DNA of 38,081 nucleotides from Tissierellales bacterium (GTDB taxonomy: Bacteria; Bacillota; Clostridia; Tissierellales; JAOAQY01), in the NCBI GenBank assembly GCA_025210965.1, contig JAOAQY010000030.1, positions 1 through 38,081 of the forward strand, in the 5' to 3' direction. The notes beneath the pieces were generated by a model. The model ran no database searches. It saw only the letters and a list, made by a program, of their open reading frames with translations, and was not told where the DNA came from. The position numbers and the translations under genes are program-made. Below are positions 28,252-38,060 of the stretch, one piece after another (the stretch's first letter is position 1; every line of letters begins with the position of its first letter).

Positions 28252-29115
28252 TTAATTTTTGACTGTTTCTCCCATGATTTCTGTACAAATCATACCTGAA
28301 AATATAAGTACCGCACCAATAATTGCCATAGTTGACATAGTTTCATGCCAAATTACTACTCCAAAAAATCCAGCAAATATAGGCTCTGTTGAATAAATAA
28401 GAGCAGTTTTTGATGCAGATATATATCGCTGCAGTATATTCTGTGCAATATATGCTCCCGAAGTACACACTATAGCCAAAATACTAAGTCCTACCCAGCT
28501 TGATGTTTCTTTTGGAAACTCTATGCCACCACTAAGTGCACTTATTATTAGACTCATAGCTGCTACAATTCCTAATTGAAGCACTGCAAAATTTATAGAA
28601 TTTACCTTTTTTGTATGATGCTCTACCAATATCATATATATTGCAAAGCTTACAGCTCCTATAAGTGCCGCTAAGTCCCCTAATTGCAGTTTAAAACTCA
28701 TTCCTTCTATTGTCATCATGGCAAGTCCCATACACGCTAGAATTGCGCCAAGCCATACACTTTTACTGAGTTTTTCCTTAAATATCATACTTGAAAATAT
28801 AGGTACTAATACTACACTAAGTCCTGTTATAAATGCTACTTTTGATGCACTCGAATAATCAACTCCTATTGTTTGAAATGCAAAACTTAAAAATAATACA
28901 CTTCCTGCCAATATACTTGATTTTATAGTCTTCATGTCTAATGATTTCATACTCTTAAAAAATATTACTCCTGAGCACAAAAATGCTAACAAAAATCTAA
29001 GCCCTAAAAAATTAAATATAGACAATTCCCTAAGTACATCCTTTGTTAACAAGAAAGAAAGACCCCAAGATGCTGTAAAAAATAATAATATAATTTCGTA
29101 TAGTTTATTTTTCAT
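28252..29115 (-). CDS. DMT-superfamily (EamA-like) transporter
   Basis: About 287 aa with 10 TM segments in two EamA repeats. Start moved to the MKNK Met, which has a GGAGGTG RBS. The track's upstream ATG overlaps that RBS. Confidence 0.75.
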   Translation of the reverse strand: MKNKLYEIILLFFTASWGLSFLLTKDVLRELSIFNFLGLRFLLAFLCSGVIFFKSMKSLDMKTIKSSILAGSVLFLSFAFQTIGVDYSSASKVAFITGLSVVLVPIFSSMIFKEKLSKSVWLGAILACMGLAMMTIEGMSFKLQLGDLAALIGAVSFAIYMILVEHHTKKVNSINFAVLQLGIVAAMSLIISALSGGIEFPKETSSWVGLSILAIVCTSGAYIAQNILQRYISASKTALIYSTEPIFAGFFGVVIWHETMSTMAIIGAVLIFSGMICTEIMGETVKN

Positions 29116-29229
29116 TTCTTCACCTCCCACTATTAAATTATATTACAGTATGTCTTGTCTTCTATTTGTATTTATTCAAAAATAAAGTAGAAGGTAATTG
29201 TATTATCTACAAAACCTTCTACTAATATT

Positions 29230-30372
29230 TTAGCGTTTTTTCATCAATTTGTGTATCCTAATAGTTGCTATCAACTGCTCGTATAAATCTTCTTGATGAT
29301 CACATTTTGTCAACTCACCAATTTTATTTATCCTATATCTTATGGTGTTGTCATGCTGGTCTAATTCATTTGCCACAGCTTTTATGCTCCCATGATAATG
29401 CACGTACCACTCTGCAGTTTTCAATAATTCTGTATTCTGCTTCATATCATAATTTTCTATTGCAAATATCATATTTTCATAATAATCCTGCACCCACTTG
29501 TTTTCTAGAATAGGCAAATATATTCTATCAGTTCCTATCCCCTCATAAGATTCAAAGCATTTTCCATAGGCATCTATATGTCTATGAGTATATATCGCCT
29601 CTTGTATTGCCAAGTCAATTTCTAACTTTGAATCGTGAATTCTACTAGTAGCAATATTCCACTTAGATATATCTATTCCTATTAAATTTAGTCTTATTCT
29701 AGCAAGTTCTTTTAATAATTTACCACAGCGTTCTTTAAACGTTATCACATAGAGATAACCGCCATGATACCTAATCAATTCGTCGTGTTTTTCAACTTGA
29801 TTGAAATCGACTAGTCTAGAATGCGGTTCACTTCCATCTTTTCGCTTTAGATATACAACTGCTAGTACATCTTGGAAATTAGGATTTATCTCATTTACAA
29901 GCCCTTTTATTATAACTTTACTCAAATCGCTAGATATCATTTGATCTATTTTAAACTCCAATAAAGCCTGATCTTCATCCATTTTGTTCATATTTTCTAT
30001 CTCTAATATTATATCTTCAAAAAATACTCCTTCAAACACAATTATTGGAAAATCATGTTCATCAGCAATTTTCTTGTGCTCTGGTTTCAAATAATCCTTA
30101 CTCATTTTTTTTATGAGTATCGCTGATGTTCCGACTTCAATTAATTTCTTGAGATAGTCGTCAAATGAATACTTGCCATCGCTCAGTACCAGTAGCGACG
30201 ATAGGACTAATTCTCCATATTTGAAATACTCTAATATTTCATCTGGAGATTCATAATCCAATATTCCTACTTTTTCTATTGATTTTTTTATTCCATCTCC
30301 CCCTGCAAATATTTCACAATTTCCTAGAATACCTTTTTCTATTGCCATTTCAATTGAAATCGTCATGGGCAC
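29230..30372 (-). CDS. PucR-family transcriptional regulator
   Basis: 380 aa with a C-terminal PucR-type HTH (AVANELDQHDNTIRYRINKIGELT) and an N-terminal sensing domain of the purine-catabolism-regulator-like family. Confidence 0.7.
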   Translation of the reverse strand: MPMTISIEMAIEKGILGNCEIFAGGDGIKKSIEKVGILDYESPDEILEYFKYGELVLSSLLVLSDGKYSFDDYLKKLIEVGTSAILIKKMSKDYLKPEHKKIADEHDFPIIVFEGVFFEDIILEIENMNKMDEDQALLEFKIDQMISSDLSKVIIKGLVNEINPNFQDVLAVVYLKRKDGSEPHSRLVDFNQVEKHDELIRYHGGYLYVITFKERCGKLLKELARIRLNLIGIDISKWNIATSRIHDSKLEIDLAIQEAIYTHRHIDAYGKCFESYEGIGTDRIYLPILENKWVQDYYENMIFAIENYDMKQNTELLKTAEWYVHYHGSIKAVANELDQHDNTIRYRINKIGELTKCDHQEDLYEQLIATIRIHKLMKKR

Positions 30373-30419
30373 TCCCCCTTTATATTAGTGTACCCATTTT
30401 ACACCAAATTTTCTATAGA

Positions 30420-30758
30420 TTAAATTTTTCTTTTTATACAATTTAATCTATAATTTACGTATCTCTCTGCTATAATCAAAAATACTAAAAACATTATATT
30501 CTCAAATAAAATTTGATTATGCAATTTGCTGAAGTTCATAAAATTACAAACACATAGAAAATACCCAAGTAAAATCATATGTATTGTCTTCTCCGACAAT
30601 TTAAATTTTCTAAACTCCAAAAAATGGTCTAGTTCTAACCACCTATGATGTCGTTTTAAATAATTTTGCACAACATATTGTCTGAATCCATAGACATAAA
30701 TATTGTGCAATAAATTTAATATACCGATACTGCCAACTAGATTAACCATCCAAATCAA
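30420..30758 (-). CDS. Hypothetical small membrane protein (TTG start), low confidence
   Basis: 112 aa hydrophobic ORF in a very AT-rich stretch, with an AGGAGGG RBS 6 nt before the TTG. No homology recognised. Confidence 0.3.
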   Translation of the reverse strand: MIWMVNLVGSIGILNLLHNIYVYGFRQYVVQNYLKRHHRWLELDHFLEFRKFKLSEKTIHMILLGYFLCVCNFMNFSKLHNQILFENIMFLVFLIIAERYVNYRLNCIKRKI

Positions 30759-31003
30759 CTGTATCCCTCCTAAAGTTGTTATTTTTACAATTTTATTTTA
30801 ACTCTTATTTGTATTTTTACAAGTACTTTTTCATAAAAGGTTCTTTTTTTTACGTAAATAGTATAATTTAAATATTTTTTATGCTATTCGCGGCATTTTA
30901 ATAGCGTTCTACGGTCTTTCCGTCCATTTACCACTATTTTATATTATAATATTCTCATAAGTTAATGATGTAGTAAATTTAATACAGACTGGAGGAATAT
31001 ATC

Positions 31004-31150
31004 GTGCCGTTAGTTGGATTAGATCCTAGAATCCTATGTATGATTATCACAATGGTTTTACTAATCGTGACTGGATATCTTGTTTATACTTTGGTTGAGC
31101 CTATGCTCCCAAATCGCTTGAACAAATCAAAGCACCAACCTCGAAGGTAA
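31004..31150 (+). CDS. 48-aa single-TM micro-protein with a KdpF-like GYLVY motif (orphan)
   Basis: GGAGG RBS 8 nt upstream of a GTG start. The ORF reads MPLVGLDPRILCMIITMVLLIVTGYLVYTLVEPMLPNRLNKSKHQPRR and is followed by a terminator at 31170-31208. The TM segment resembles KdpF (LLLGYLVYAL). Not in the ORF track because of its size. Confidence 0.35.
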   Translation: MPLVGLDPRILCMIITMVLLIVTGYLVYTLVEPMLPNRLNKSKHQPRR

Positions 31151-31169
31151 GGGCTTCCAATATTAGAAT

Positions 31170-31208
31170 AAAAAAGAGATGCAAAAGCATCTCTTTTCGA
31201 TTTCTTTA
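31170..31208. terminator. Bidirectional terminator shared by the micro-ORF and the CPBP gene
   Basis: AGAGATGC-AAAA-GCATCTCT stem-loop flanked by A-run and T-run. Confidence 0.7.
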
Positions 31209-32129
31209 TTAAGCACCCATTTTTATCATAAAACCAATGAATATAACTATAGATATTATAATATAAACATCAAATACCTTTTCACCTTCTACATCTTCAG
31301 CCTCTTCATACTTCCCTTCATTTATCACTTTATAAGTTCTGACTATGAGATATGCAAGAGCCGCTCCTATAACTGCAAAAACTGCTTGTTTCGGTAGTAT
31401 TTCTAGAGTATCTTGTTTGTTTGCAATCTCTGCTACCGTCATGCCATCGAAATACTTTGAAAATACCTGTACTACCCAACTTGCAAATGCAGATATGCCA
31501 TTTATACAAAAATGGAGTAACATCGATGGAAATATAGATCCTGTGTAATAGACAATGTATGCCATTACTACTCCTAATACAAATGCGTATACAAATTGAT
31601 TTATATTTAGATGAAGTATGCCAAACATCAAGCCATTCATTAGCGCAGCTTTTTTTATGCTAACATGTTTATAATTGCCCAATATCACGCCACGCATTAT
31701 AACTTCTTCACAAATAGCTGGAGTCACTGCTAACATAAATAGCCACATACCTAGTGACATGGTCGGAAATTGGCTAATAGCCTCTGCTATATGATTTTTT
31801 ACAAATAACGATGTAAGTGCTGATAAAAAACCTACCGCAGGCATCAAACAAAATGCTAGCGGAAATACCAATATCATATTAACTATTCCAGGCTTATTAA
31901 ACCTCATAACATCTTTGACTGGTTGCTTTGTAATTATGAAAAATATGATGGTTAAAATCACAAGCCCATATTCTACAAGTATCGTTCTGGTTGTTGGCAA
32001 AATATCAACAAATAACAATGCTATACTTGTTAATATCATGAAAATCAATGCGGCCAAGAAAAATAAATTTCCCTTTTTAGTATTTACTTTAGGTTTCAAT
32101 TTTACTTCATAAACTGCTTGCTCTTCCAT
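31209..32129 (-). CDS. CPBP-family (CAAX/Abi) intramembrane glutamic endopeptidase
   Basis: 306 aa polytopic protein with EEVIMRG (the EExxxR motif) and FGILH (the FxxxH motif). Confidence 0.75.
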   Translation of the reverse strand: MEEQAVYEVKLKPKVNTKKGNLFFLAALIFMILTSIALLFVDILPTTRTILVEYGLVILTIIFFIITKQPVKDVMRFNKPGIVNMILVFPLAFCLMPAVGFLSALTSLFVKNHIAEAISQFPTMSLGMWLFMLAVTPAICEEVIMRGVILGNYKHVSIKKAALMNGLMFGILHLNINQFVYAFVLGVVMAYIVYYTGSIFPSMLLHFCINGISAFASWVVQVFSKYFDGMTVAEIANKQDTLEILPKQAVFAVIGAALAYLIVRTYKVINEGKYEEAEDVEGEKVFDVYIIISIVIFIGFMIKMGA

Positions 32130-32330
32130 TTTTTATTTCCTCTCTCTTTTGTCATGTAAAATAGTTTTGTAAAAAAATTAATGTCTCTTTTATTTATACC
32201 ATATTTAACTATTTTTCACCAACAAATATTTGAATTGTATCAAACAAAAAACCTTCAAGTTTTCAAATGAAGACATAAATACATCTATCATATGAATCTT
32301 GAAGGCTCATTATTAATTAGATTAACCCAA

Positions 32331-32723
32331 CTATAAACTTGCTATAACTTCAATTTCAAGTGGTGCATCTTTTGGTAACTTAGCTACTTCTACACAAGAA
32401 CGTGCTGGGAAATCACCTGTGAAATACTCTGCATATACTTCGTTTATTGCAGCAAAATCGTTTAAATCTTTAACAAATACCAATGATTTAACAACATGGT
32501 CTAAATCAGTTCCTGCTGCTTCTAATACTGCCTTAACATTTTTTAGAGCTGCATGAGCTGCTTTTTTGATATCATCTGTTATAAGCTCACCTGTTTCTAC
32601 ATCAATTGGCAATTGACCTGATGTATAAACTAAATCTCCAATTTTTGTTCCCTGTGAATAAGGTCCAATAGCTCCTGGTGCTTTACTTGTTTTGATAACT
32701 TCTTTTTTCATTTGTTCTACCAA
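32331..32723 (-). CDS. ridA: RidA/YjgF-family reactive-intermediate deaminase
   Basis: 130 aa with the full-length RidA signature (the PARS..E.A.LP region). Lies 7 bp downstream of the Mo-hydroxylase gene. Confidence 0.85.
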   Translation of the reverse strand: MVEQMKKEVIKTSKAPGAIGPYSQGTKIGDLVYTSGQLPIDVETGELITDDIKKAAHAALKNVKAVLEAAGTDLDHVVKSLVFVKDLNDFAAINEVYAEYFTGDFPARSCVEVAKLPKDAPLEIEVIASL

Positions 32724-32730
32724 CCTTTCT

Positions 32731-35289
32731 CTATTTCTTTTTTCTATAAGCTGTCTCGTCTAGTGGCAAACTAGTTCTAAACTTGCCATCGAGTTTCATA
32801 TAGGCTCCTTGAATAGCTGGTGGTGTAGGTATAGATGATATCTCACCAATTCCCTTCGCACCATATGCTAGTGGTGATGGATTTTTTTCAATAATTATAG
32901 ATTCAATTTCTGGAACATCTGTAGATCTAAATAATCCTAATGTACCAAACTTGGCAGTTGGAATACCATCTTTAAGTGGGAAATCTTCTGTTAAAGCATA
33001 TCCCAAACTCATAACCACTCCACCTTCGATTTGTCCTTCTATATTTCTAGGGTTTATAGCTCTACCGACATCGTGTGATGCTACAACCTTTTTGATTTTA
33101 CCATTTTCATCTAATGCAACTGCATGAGTTGCATATCCATAAGCAATATGGCTTTTTGGATTTTCTTTTTCACTTCCCATAGGGTCTGTTTTTCCAAAAT
33201 ACTCACCATAGAAAATTTCTCCATTTAACTCATCTAATGTCTTTTCATTAAGTGCTGCTTTTAAATTTAAGCTAGCTTGATGAGTTGCTTCTCCTGTAAA
33301 TAATGTCTGCCTTGATGCAGTAGACATACCAGAATCTGGTGCTAAAGATGTATCTGGCTCTGCAAATCTCACACAATCTGGTGAAACTTCAACAGTCTCA
33401 CATACAATTTGTATAAGTATAGTGGCCATCCCTTGACCCATGCATACAGCACCTGCTCTAATTTCTATTATACCATTATCGATAAACAATTTACAACGTC
33501 CCACATCTGGAAGTCCAACGCCTATACCACTGTTCTTAAATGCACTTGCTACTCCTACATATGGTTCATTTTCACAAAAATCTTTCACTGAAAGAAGAGT
33601 TTCTTTAAGTGCTGTACCTTCATCTGCTATTTGACCATTTGGAAGTACCTGTCCTGGTTCTATGGCATTTCTATACCTTATCTCCCAATGCGATATTCCA
33701 ACCAAATCAGCCAACTCATTCAAATTACACTCTGTAGCAAATGCTGATTGTGTAACTCCAAATCCTCTAAAAGCTCCTCCAGGAGGATTGTTTGTATAAA
33801 CTGCCGTTCCTATAACTTCTGAATTTTGGTAATTATATGGACCAGCAGCATGTGTACAGGCTCTTTGAAGTACAGGACCACCTAATGATGCATATGCACC
33901 TGTATCTGCAACTAGTTCTGCTCTCATAGCTGTTAAGTATCCATTTTCATCACATGCTGTAGTGAAATCCATCTCCATAGCATGTCTTTTAGGATGAATT
34001 CTTATGCTTTCTTTTCTAGAAAGTGTTACCTTTACAGGTTTGTGAGTAACCCATGCTAGTAGACTTGCATGATGCTGAACTGTTATATCTTCTTTTCCTC
34101 CAAATCCTCCACCTACATATTTACAAACCGCTCTAACTTTTTCTGGCTCTAAACCTAATAGTTCTGCGCATTCTTTCTTAACATCATATATTCCTTGGAA
34201 TGTGGTGTATATAGCAATTCCATCATCGCCTTCCCTGATAGCAAGTGCACTCTCTGTCTCTAAGAAAGCATGTTCTGTAAATGGAAGTGAATAGTGGTGA
34301 GTCACTACATACTTTGAATTTTTTATTGCTTCGTCAACTTCTCCTCTTACTAAAACTTCTTTTGTCAAAACATTGCCTTTTTCATGTATATTAGGTGCAT
34401 CTGCTCTAAGCGCCATTTCAGGTGATGTTATCGGCTCTAATTCATCATAATCTACTTCAACTAGCGAAAGTGCTTCTTTCAAACCTTGCTTGGTTTTTGC
34501 AGCTATAGCAACCAACGCATCTCCAACATATCTCGTCTCTTCTCCTTCTGCTACAAATGCTGGCCAGTCTTTGATTATGTGACCAATATATCGTTTTCCC
34601 GGTATGTCTTTTGCCGTTACAATAGCCTCGACTTCTGGATGTTCTAAGGCTTTTGAGATATCTATTTTCTTTACAAGAGCTCTAGCACATTCTAGTCTAT
34701 ACGCTCCACCATAAAGCATTCCCTCAGGGTACATATCATTTGTATATATAGCATCTCCTAGCACCTTATCTCTTGCATCTACACGTTTTAAATTATCTCC
34801 AACAAGTCCCTTACATTCTACTTTTGGAACCTGCGTTTTTTCTCTAAAAATTTTCGCAGCCATTAATATAGCTTCTTCTATTTTGACGTATCCTGTACAT
34901 CTACATATATTTCCTTTAATCGCTTTTTTTACATCAGCTGAACTTGGTTCTAAATTTTCATCTAAAAGTGACTTAGCACTAATTACCATTCCTGGAATAC
35001 AAAATCCACATTGAACAGCTCCTGCTTCTGCAAATGCCCACGCATATACATCTCGCTCTCTTTCTGTAAGACCCTCTATTGTCACTATAGATTTGCCATC
35101 AACTTTTGCAAGTGGAACTACACAGGATTTTTTCTTTTGTCCATCTATAAGCACTGTACATGTACCACATGCACCTTCACTACATCCATCTTTTACAGAA
35201 GTTAAATGCAAATCATCTCTCAAAAATTCCATAAGCTTTTTGTTTTCATCTGTTTGTACTTTTTTTCCATTTACCACAAATTCATACAT
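32731..35289 (-). CDS. Molybdopterin-dependent hydroxylase with N-terminal 2x[2Fe-2S] domains and no FAD subunit (aldehyde-oxidoreductase/XdhD-like; selenium-dependent Mo-hydroxylase type architecture)
   Basis: About 852 aa from the ATG at 35289 (MYEFVVNGKK), which has an AAGAGGTGG RBS. The 24 upstream codons in the ORF track overlap the hydantoinase gene. Ferredoxin-type CSEGACGTC and CGFCIPG clusters are followed by the Moco domain with GGGFGGK. Confidence 0.85.
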   Translation of the reverse strand: MYEFVVNGKKVQTDENKKLMEFLRDDLHLTSVKDGCSEGACGTCTVLIDGQKKKSCVVPLAKVDGKSIVTIEGLTERERDVYAWAFAEAGAVQCGFCIPGMVISAKSLLDENLEPSSADVKKAIKGNICRCTGYVKIEEAILMAAKIFREKTQVPKVECKGLVGDNLKRVDARDKVLGDAIYTNDMYPEGMLYGGAYRLECARALVKKIDISKALEHPEVEAIVTAKDIPGKRYIGHIIKDWPAFVAEGEETRYVGDALVAIAAKTKQGLKEALSLVEVDYDELEPITSPEMALRADAPNIHEKGNVLTKEVLVRGEVDEAIKNSKYVVTHHYSLPFTEHAFLETESALAIREGDDGIAIYTTFQGIYDVKKECAELLGLEPEKVRAVCKYVGGGFGGKEDITVQHHASLLAWVTHKPVKVTLSRKESIRIHPKRHAMEMDFTTACDENGYLTAMRAELVADTGAYASLGGPVLQRACTHAAGPYNYQNSEVIGTAVYTNNPPGGAFRGFGVTQSAFATECNLNELADLVGISHWEIRYRNAIEPGQVLPNGQIADEGTALKETLLSVKDFCENEPYVGVASAFKNSGIGVGLPDVGRCKLFIDNGIIEIRAGAVCMGQGMATILIQIVCETVEVSPDCVRFAEPDTSLAPDSGMSTASRQTLFTGEATHQASLNLKAALNEKTLDELNGEIFYGEYFGKTDPMGSEKENPKSHIAYGYATHAVALDENGKIKKVVASHDVGRAINPRNIEGQIEGGVVMSLGYALTEDFPLKDGIPTAKFGTLGLFRSTDVPEIESIIIEKNPSPLAYGAKGIGEISSIPTPPAIQGAYMKLDGKFRTSLPLDETAYRKKK

Positions 35290-35302
35290 ACGCCCACCTC
35301 TT

Positions 35303-36676
35303 TTATCGAATTTTTCGTTTGACAAATTCCCCTGCGGGTTCTGCCTCTTTCCATTCTCCATTTCTAACTACTGATCTTCCTCTTAAAAATACATCTCTTA
35401 CTTTTCCAGTTTGTTCAAATCCTTCATATGGCGTGTAATCTACATTTTGATGGTGATTATCCACACTAATTTTCCAACTAGCATTAGGATCAAATACAAC
35501 TATATCAGCATCAGATCCAATAGCAATAGTACCTTTTTGTGGAAACATTCCATGTACTTTTGCGCTTCTAGTAGATGTCAAATTTATCCATTGATTCAAG
35601 CTAATTCTTCCCGCTTCAACCCCATATGTGTATAATAAGTTAAATCTATGCTCCACACCTGCGGCTCCATTTGGAATTTTGCTAAAATCATCTTTTCCAG
35701 CATCTTTTTGCCCTTTTAAATTAAATGGGCAATGATCACTTGCAACAATTTCCAAATCTCCATTTTCAAGACCATTCCACAACTTCTCTTGCTCAGCTTT
35801 ATTTCTAAGCGGTGGTGATATAACGTACTTTGCTCCTTCAAAATCTTCTAAATCATATACACTTTCATCTAAAAATAAATATTGAGGGCAAGTCTCTGCA
35901 TATACCTTTACTCCTCTTTTACGAGCCTCTCTAACAGCCTCTAATGCTTCTCCACAGCTTATGTGAACAATATAAACAGGCGCTTCTGCAAGTTCTGCTA
36001 ATCTTATCACCCTTTCTGTAGCCTCTGCTTCTACTGCAATAGGCCTTGCTTTTGGATGATACTTATATCCTGTTTCTCCAGCTTCCAAATGTTTCTTTAT
36101 TCTCTCTTCTATTACATCACCATTTTCACAGTGAAATTCAATTAAAGCTCCTATATCGCGTGAGCACGCTAGTGCTTGATATATCTCTCCATCGCCAAGT
36201 TGCATAGTAGCTTTATATGCTGTATATAGCTTAAATGACGGAATTCCTAGTTCAACCATCTCTTTCATTTCATGTTTTGTAGTATCATTCCATTCGGCAA
36301 TCGCCATGTGAAATCCATAGTCGCAATACGATTTATTCTGTGCTTTTTTATTCCAGTGCTCAAGACCCTCGTGAAGTGTCTGACCTCTAAACTGAGTTGC
36401 AAAATCTATTATAGTAGTAGTTCCTCCCATAAGAGCAGCTTTACTCCCTGTCTCAAAATCATCAGCGGAATTTGTATCTCCTGCATCTAAATCGAAATGC
36501 GTGTGTGGATCTATTGAGCCTGGTACTACTAAACACCCCTTCGCATCTACTAATTCATCACCAGATGCTTCAAGATTTTTGCCGATTTCAACTACTTTCC
36601 CTTCTGAAATTTTTATATCTGCCATATAGTCATCTGTTGCTGTTATGATTCGACCATTTTTGATGATGGTTGCCAT
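35303..36676 (-). CDS. D-hydantoinase/dihydropyrimidinase (cyclic amidohydrolase)
   Basis: 457 aa with the metal-binding DPHTHFD motif, a carboxylated-Lys region and the typical hydantoinase length. Resembles E. coli HyuA of the ygeV-ygfK cluster. Confidence 0.85.
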   Translation of the reverse strand: MATIIKNGRIITATDDYMADIKISEGKVVEIGKNLEASGDELVDAKGCLVVPGSIDPHTHFDLDAGDTNSADDFETGSKAALMGGTTTIIDFATQFRGQTLHEGLEHWNKKAQNKSYCDYGFHMAIAEWNDTTKHEMKEMVELGIPSFKLYTAYKATMQLGDGEIYQALACSRDIGALIEFHCENGDVIEERIKKHLEAGETGYKYHPKARPIAVEAEATERVIRLAELAEAPVYIVHISCGEALEAVREARKRGVKVYAETCPQYLFLDESVYDLEDFEGAKYVISPPLRNKAEQEKLWNGLENGDLEIVASDHCPFNLKGQKDAGKDDFSKIPNGAAGVEHRFNLLYTYGVEAGRISLNQWINLTSTRSAKVHGMFPQKGTIAIGSDADIVVFDPNASWKISVDNHHQNVDYTPYEGFEQTGKVRDVFLRGRSVVRNGEWKEAEPAGEFVKRKIR

Positions 36677-36715
36677 AAAATTCGCCCCCTTAGCTAACTT
36701 ATCTTTTTCAAAATC

Positions 36716-37348
36716 TTAATGAAAAATAACTTGTGCTACCAATGCCAATCCAAGTGCACTAGCTCCAAATGCAGGATTCCAAGAAATTTTTCTAATTAAT
36801 TGTGATTGTTTTACATTCTCTGTCAATTTCATGTACCCTGAAACGACTAAACTAACCACTAATGGTTGATAAAGTAAAAATCCAAGTGCAACACTGCTGC
36901 CTCTATATATTAGTGGTTTAATTGCCCAAATTGGCATTTCTGCTAATTGAATACCTACAAAAGCAAATCTCCATACAAAACTAAATAAAACTGCTTCTTT
37001 CAAGCCAAACTTTGCACCGTCTTTTTGTGCTATACTAAGTGCTACAAATGCTAAAGCACCTTCTAATAATATCGCAACAGCTGGATTTATTACTTTAAGT
37101 GGTGTTGAAACTGGCATCAAGAAATTAACTAATTTTATACCAGCCGCAATACCAGCAACTCCAACTACATGAGAACTTTTTTCAGCACCTTTGTACGCCT
37201 GATGCATACAGAAAAATCCTATACATGTCATAGTAACACTCGATAGTCCTGGTACAAATTCAATCATATGTAACAAATAGCCTAAACTGGCCTCTGCAAG
37301 ACCCCAAATGGCCCCCCAAAATACAATGTTGTTAAGTGTTTTTTTCAT
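36716..37348 (-). CDS. Small polytopic membrane protein (possible substrate-capture/ECF S-type component), function unknown
   Basis: 210 aa with about 6 TM helices. Embedded between the xdhC-like gene and the hydantoinase gene with 16-39 bp gaps. Confidence 0.45.
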   Translation of the reverse strand: MKKTLNNIVFWGAIWGLAEASLGYLLHMIEFVPGLSSVTMTCIGFFCMHQAYKGAEKSSHVVGVAGIAAGIKLVNFLMPVSTPLKVINPAVAILLEGALAFVALSIAQKDGAKFGLKEAVLFSFVWRFAFVGIQLAEMPIWAIKPLIYRGSSVALGFLLYQPLVVSLVVSGYMKLTENVKQSQLIRKISWNPAFGASALGLALVAQVIFH

Positions 37349-37364
37349 AGTAATCCTCTCCCTT

Positions 37365-38060
37365 TTACCATTTTAAATTTTTTATATTTTTCATATGAGC
37401 TAGTTGACCCCCATTTTTGAGAACCAATACTTCAGCTAATATTCCAAGTGCTATTTCGTTTGGAAGTTGAGATCCCATGTCTATCCCTATGGGTGCATAT
37501 ACCTTTTCAAGTTCGTCTCGTTCTATACCCTCTTCCAATAATTGAGTCATAATTTTAGTAGTCTTCCTTCCACTTCCAATCATACCAATATAAGCAGCAT
37601 CTCTACCTATAACTGCTTTTAGTGCCTCAGCATCACAGCTGTGACCTCTGCTTACTATTATGATATATGTTGAAGAATCTACCGGAAATTCACTTGCCAT
37701 TTTCCCTATATCACCGCACATTACTCTCGATGCGTTTGGCAATCTATCTACATTAGCAAATTCTTCCCTATCATCTATTATTGTAACCTCAAAATTTAGG
37801 CAAGTTCCTATGTTGTAAAGTTCCGTGCCAACATGACCAGCTCCTATTATGAGAAGCTTTTCCTTTGGTATAAATACCTTTATAAATCCATCAGCATCTC
37901 CACCGCATACCATTTTCAAACTCTCATGTTCTGTAAGTCTATAGTGAAACTCCTCATTTTCACCTTTCAATATAGCTTCTTTAGTTTGAACTATTACTTC
38001 AGCTTCTAGCTTTCCACCACCAATAGAACCCATTATGCTTCCTTTCGAATCCACTGCCAT
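37365..38060 (-). CDS. XdhC/CoxI-family molybdenum-hydroxylase maturation protein
   Basis: 231 aa with the N-terminal XdhC_CoxI motif (GSIGGGKLEAEV) and a C-terminal Rossmann fold (LLIIGAGHVG). The ATG at 38058-38060 lies at the window edge. Confidence 0.8.
   Translation of the reverse strand: MAVDSKGSIMGSIGGGKLEAEVIVQTKEAILKGENEEFHYRLTEHESLKMVCGGDADGFIKVFIPKEKLLIIGAGHVGTELYNIGTCLNFEVTIIDDREEFANVDRLPNASRVMCGDIGKMASEFPVDSSTYIIIVSRGHSCDAEALKAVIGRDAAYIGMIGSGRKTTKIMTQLLEEGIERDELEKVYAPIGIDMGSQLPNEIALGILAEVLVLKNGGQLAHMKNIKNLKW

Noticed and set aside
35290-35361. 24-codon N-terminal extension of the Mo-hydroxylase ORF
   Set aside because: It overlaps the 3' end of the hydantoinase gene. The ATG at 35289 has a proper RBS and begins the ferredoxin-like domain.
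18193-36490. Antisense/nested small ORFs across the dap operon and hydroxylase cluster (e.g. 18193..18501, 19585..19773, 20691..20891, 21719..22198, 22298..22768, 22785..22985, 23135..23368, 25184..25375, 25770..25988, 27399..27587, 28934..29185, 29265..29513, 31179..31548, 31915..32112, 33409..33634, 35011..35374, 35411..35635, 36272..36490)
   Set aside because: Each is embedded in a strongly supported gene on the opposite strand or frame, with no independent expression signals.
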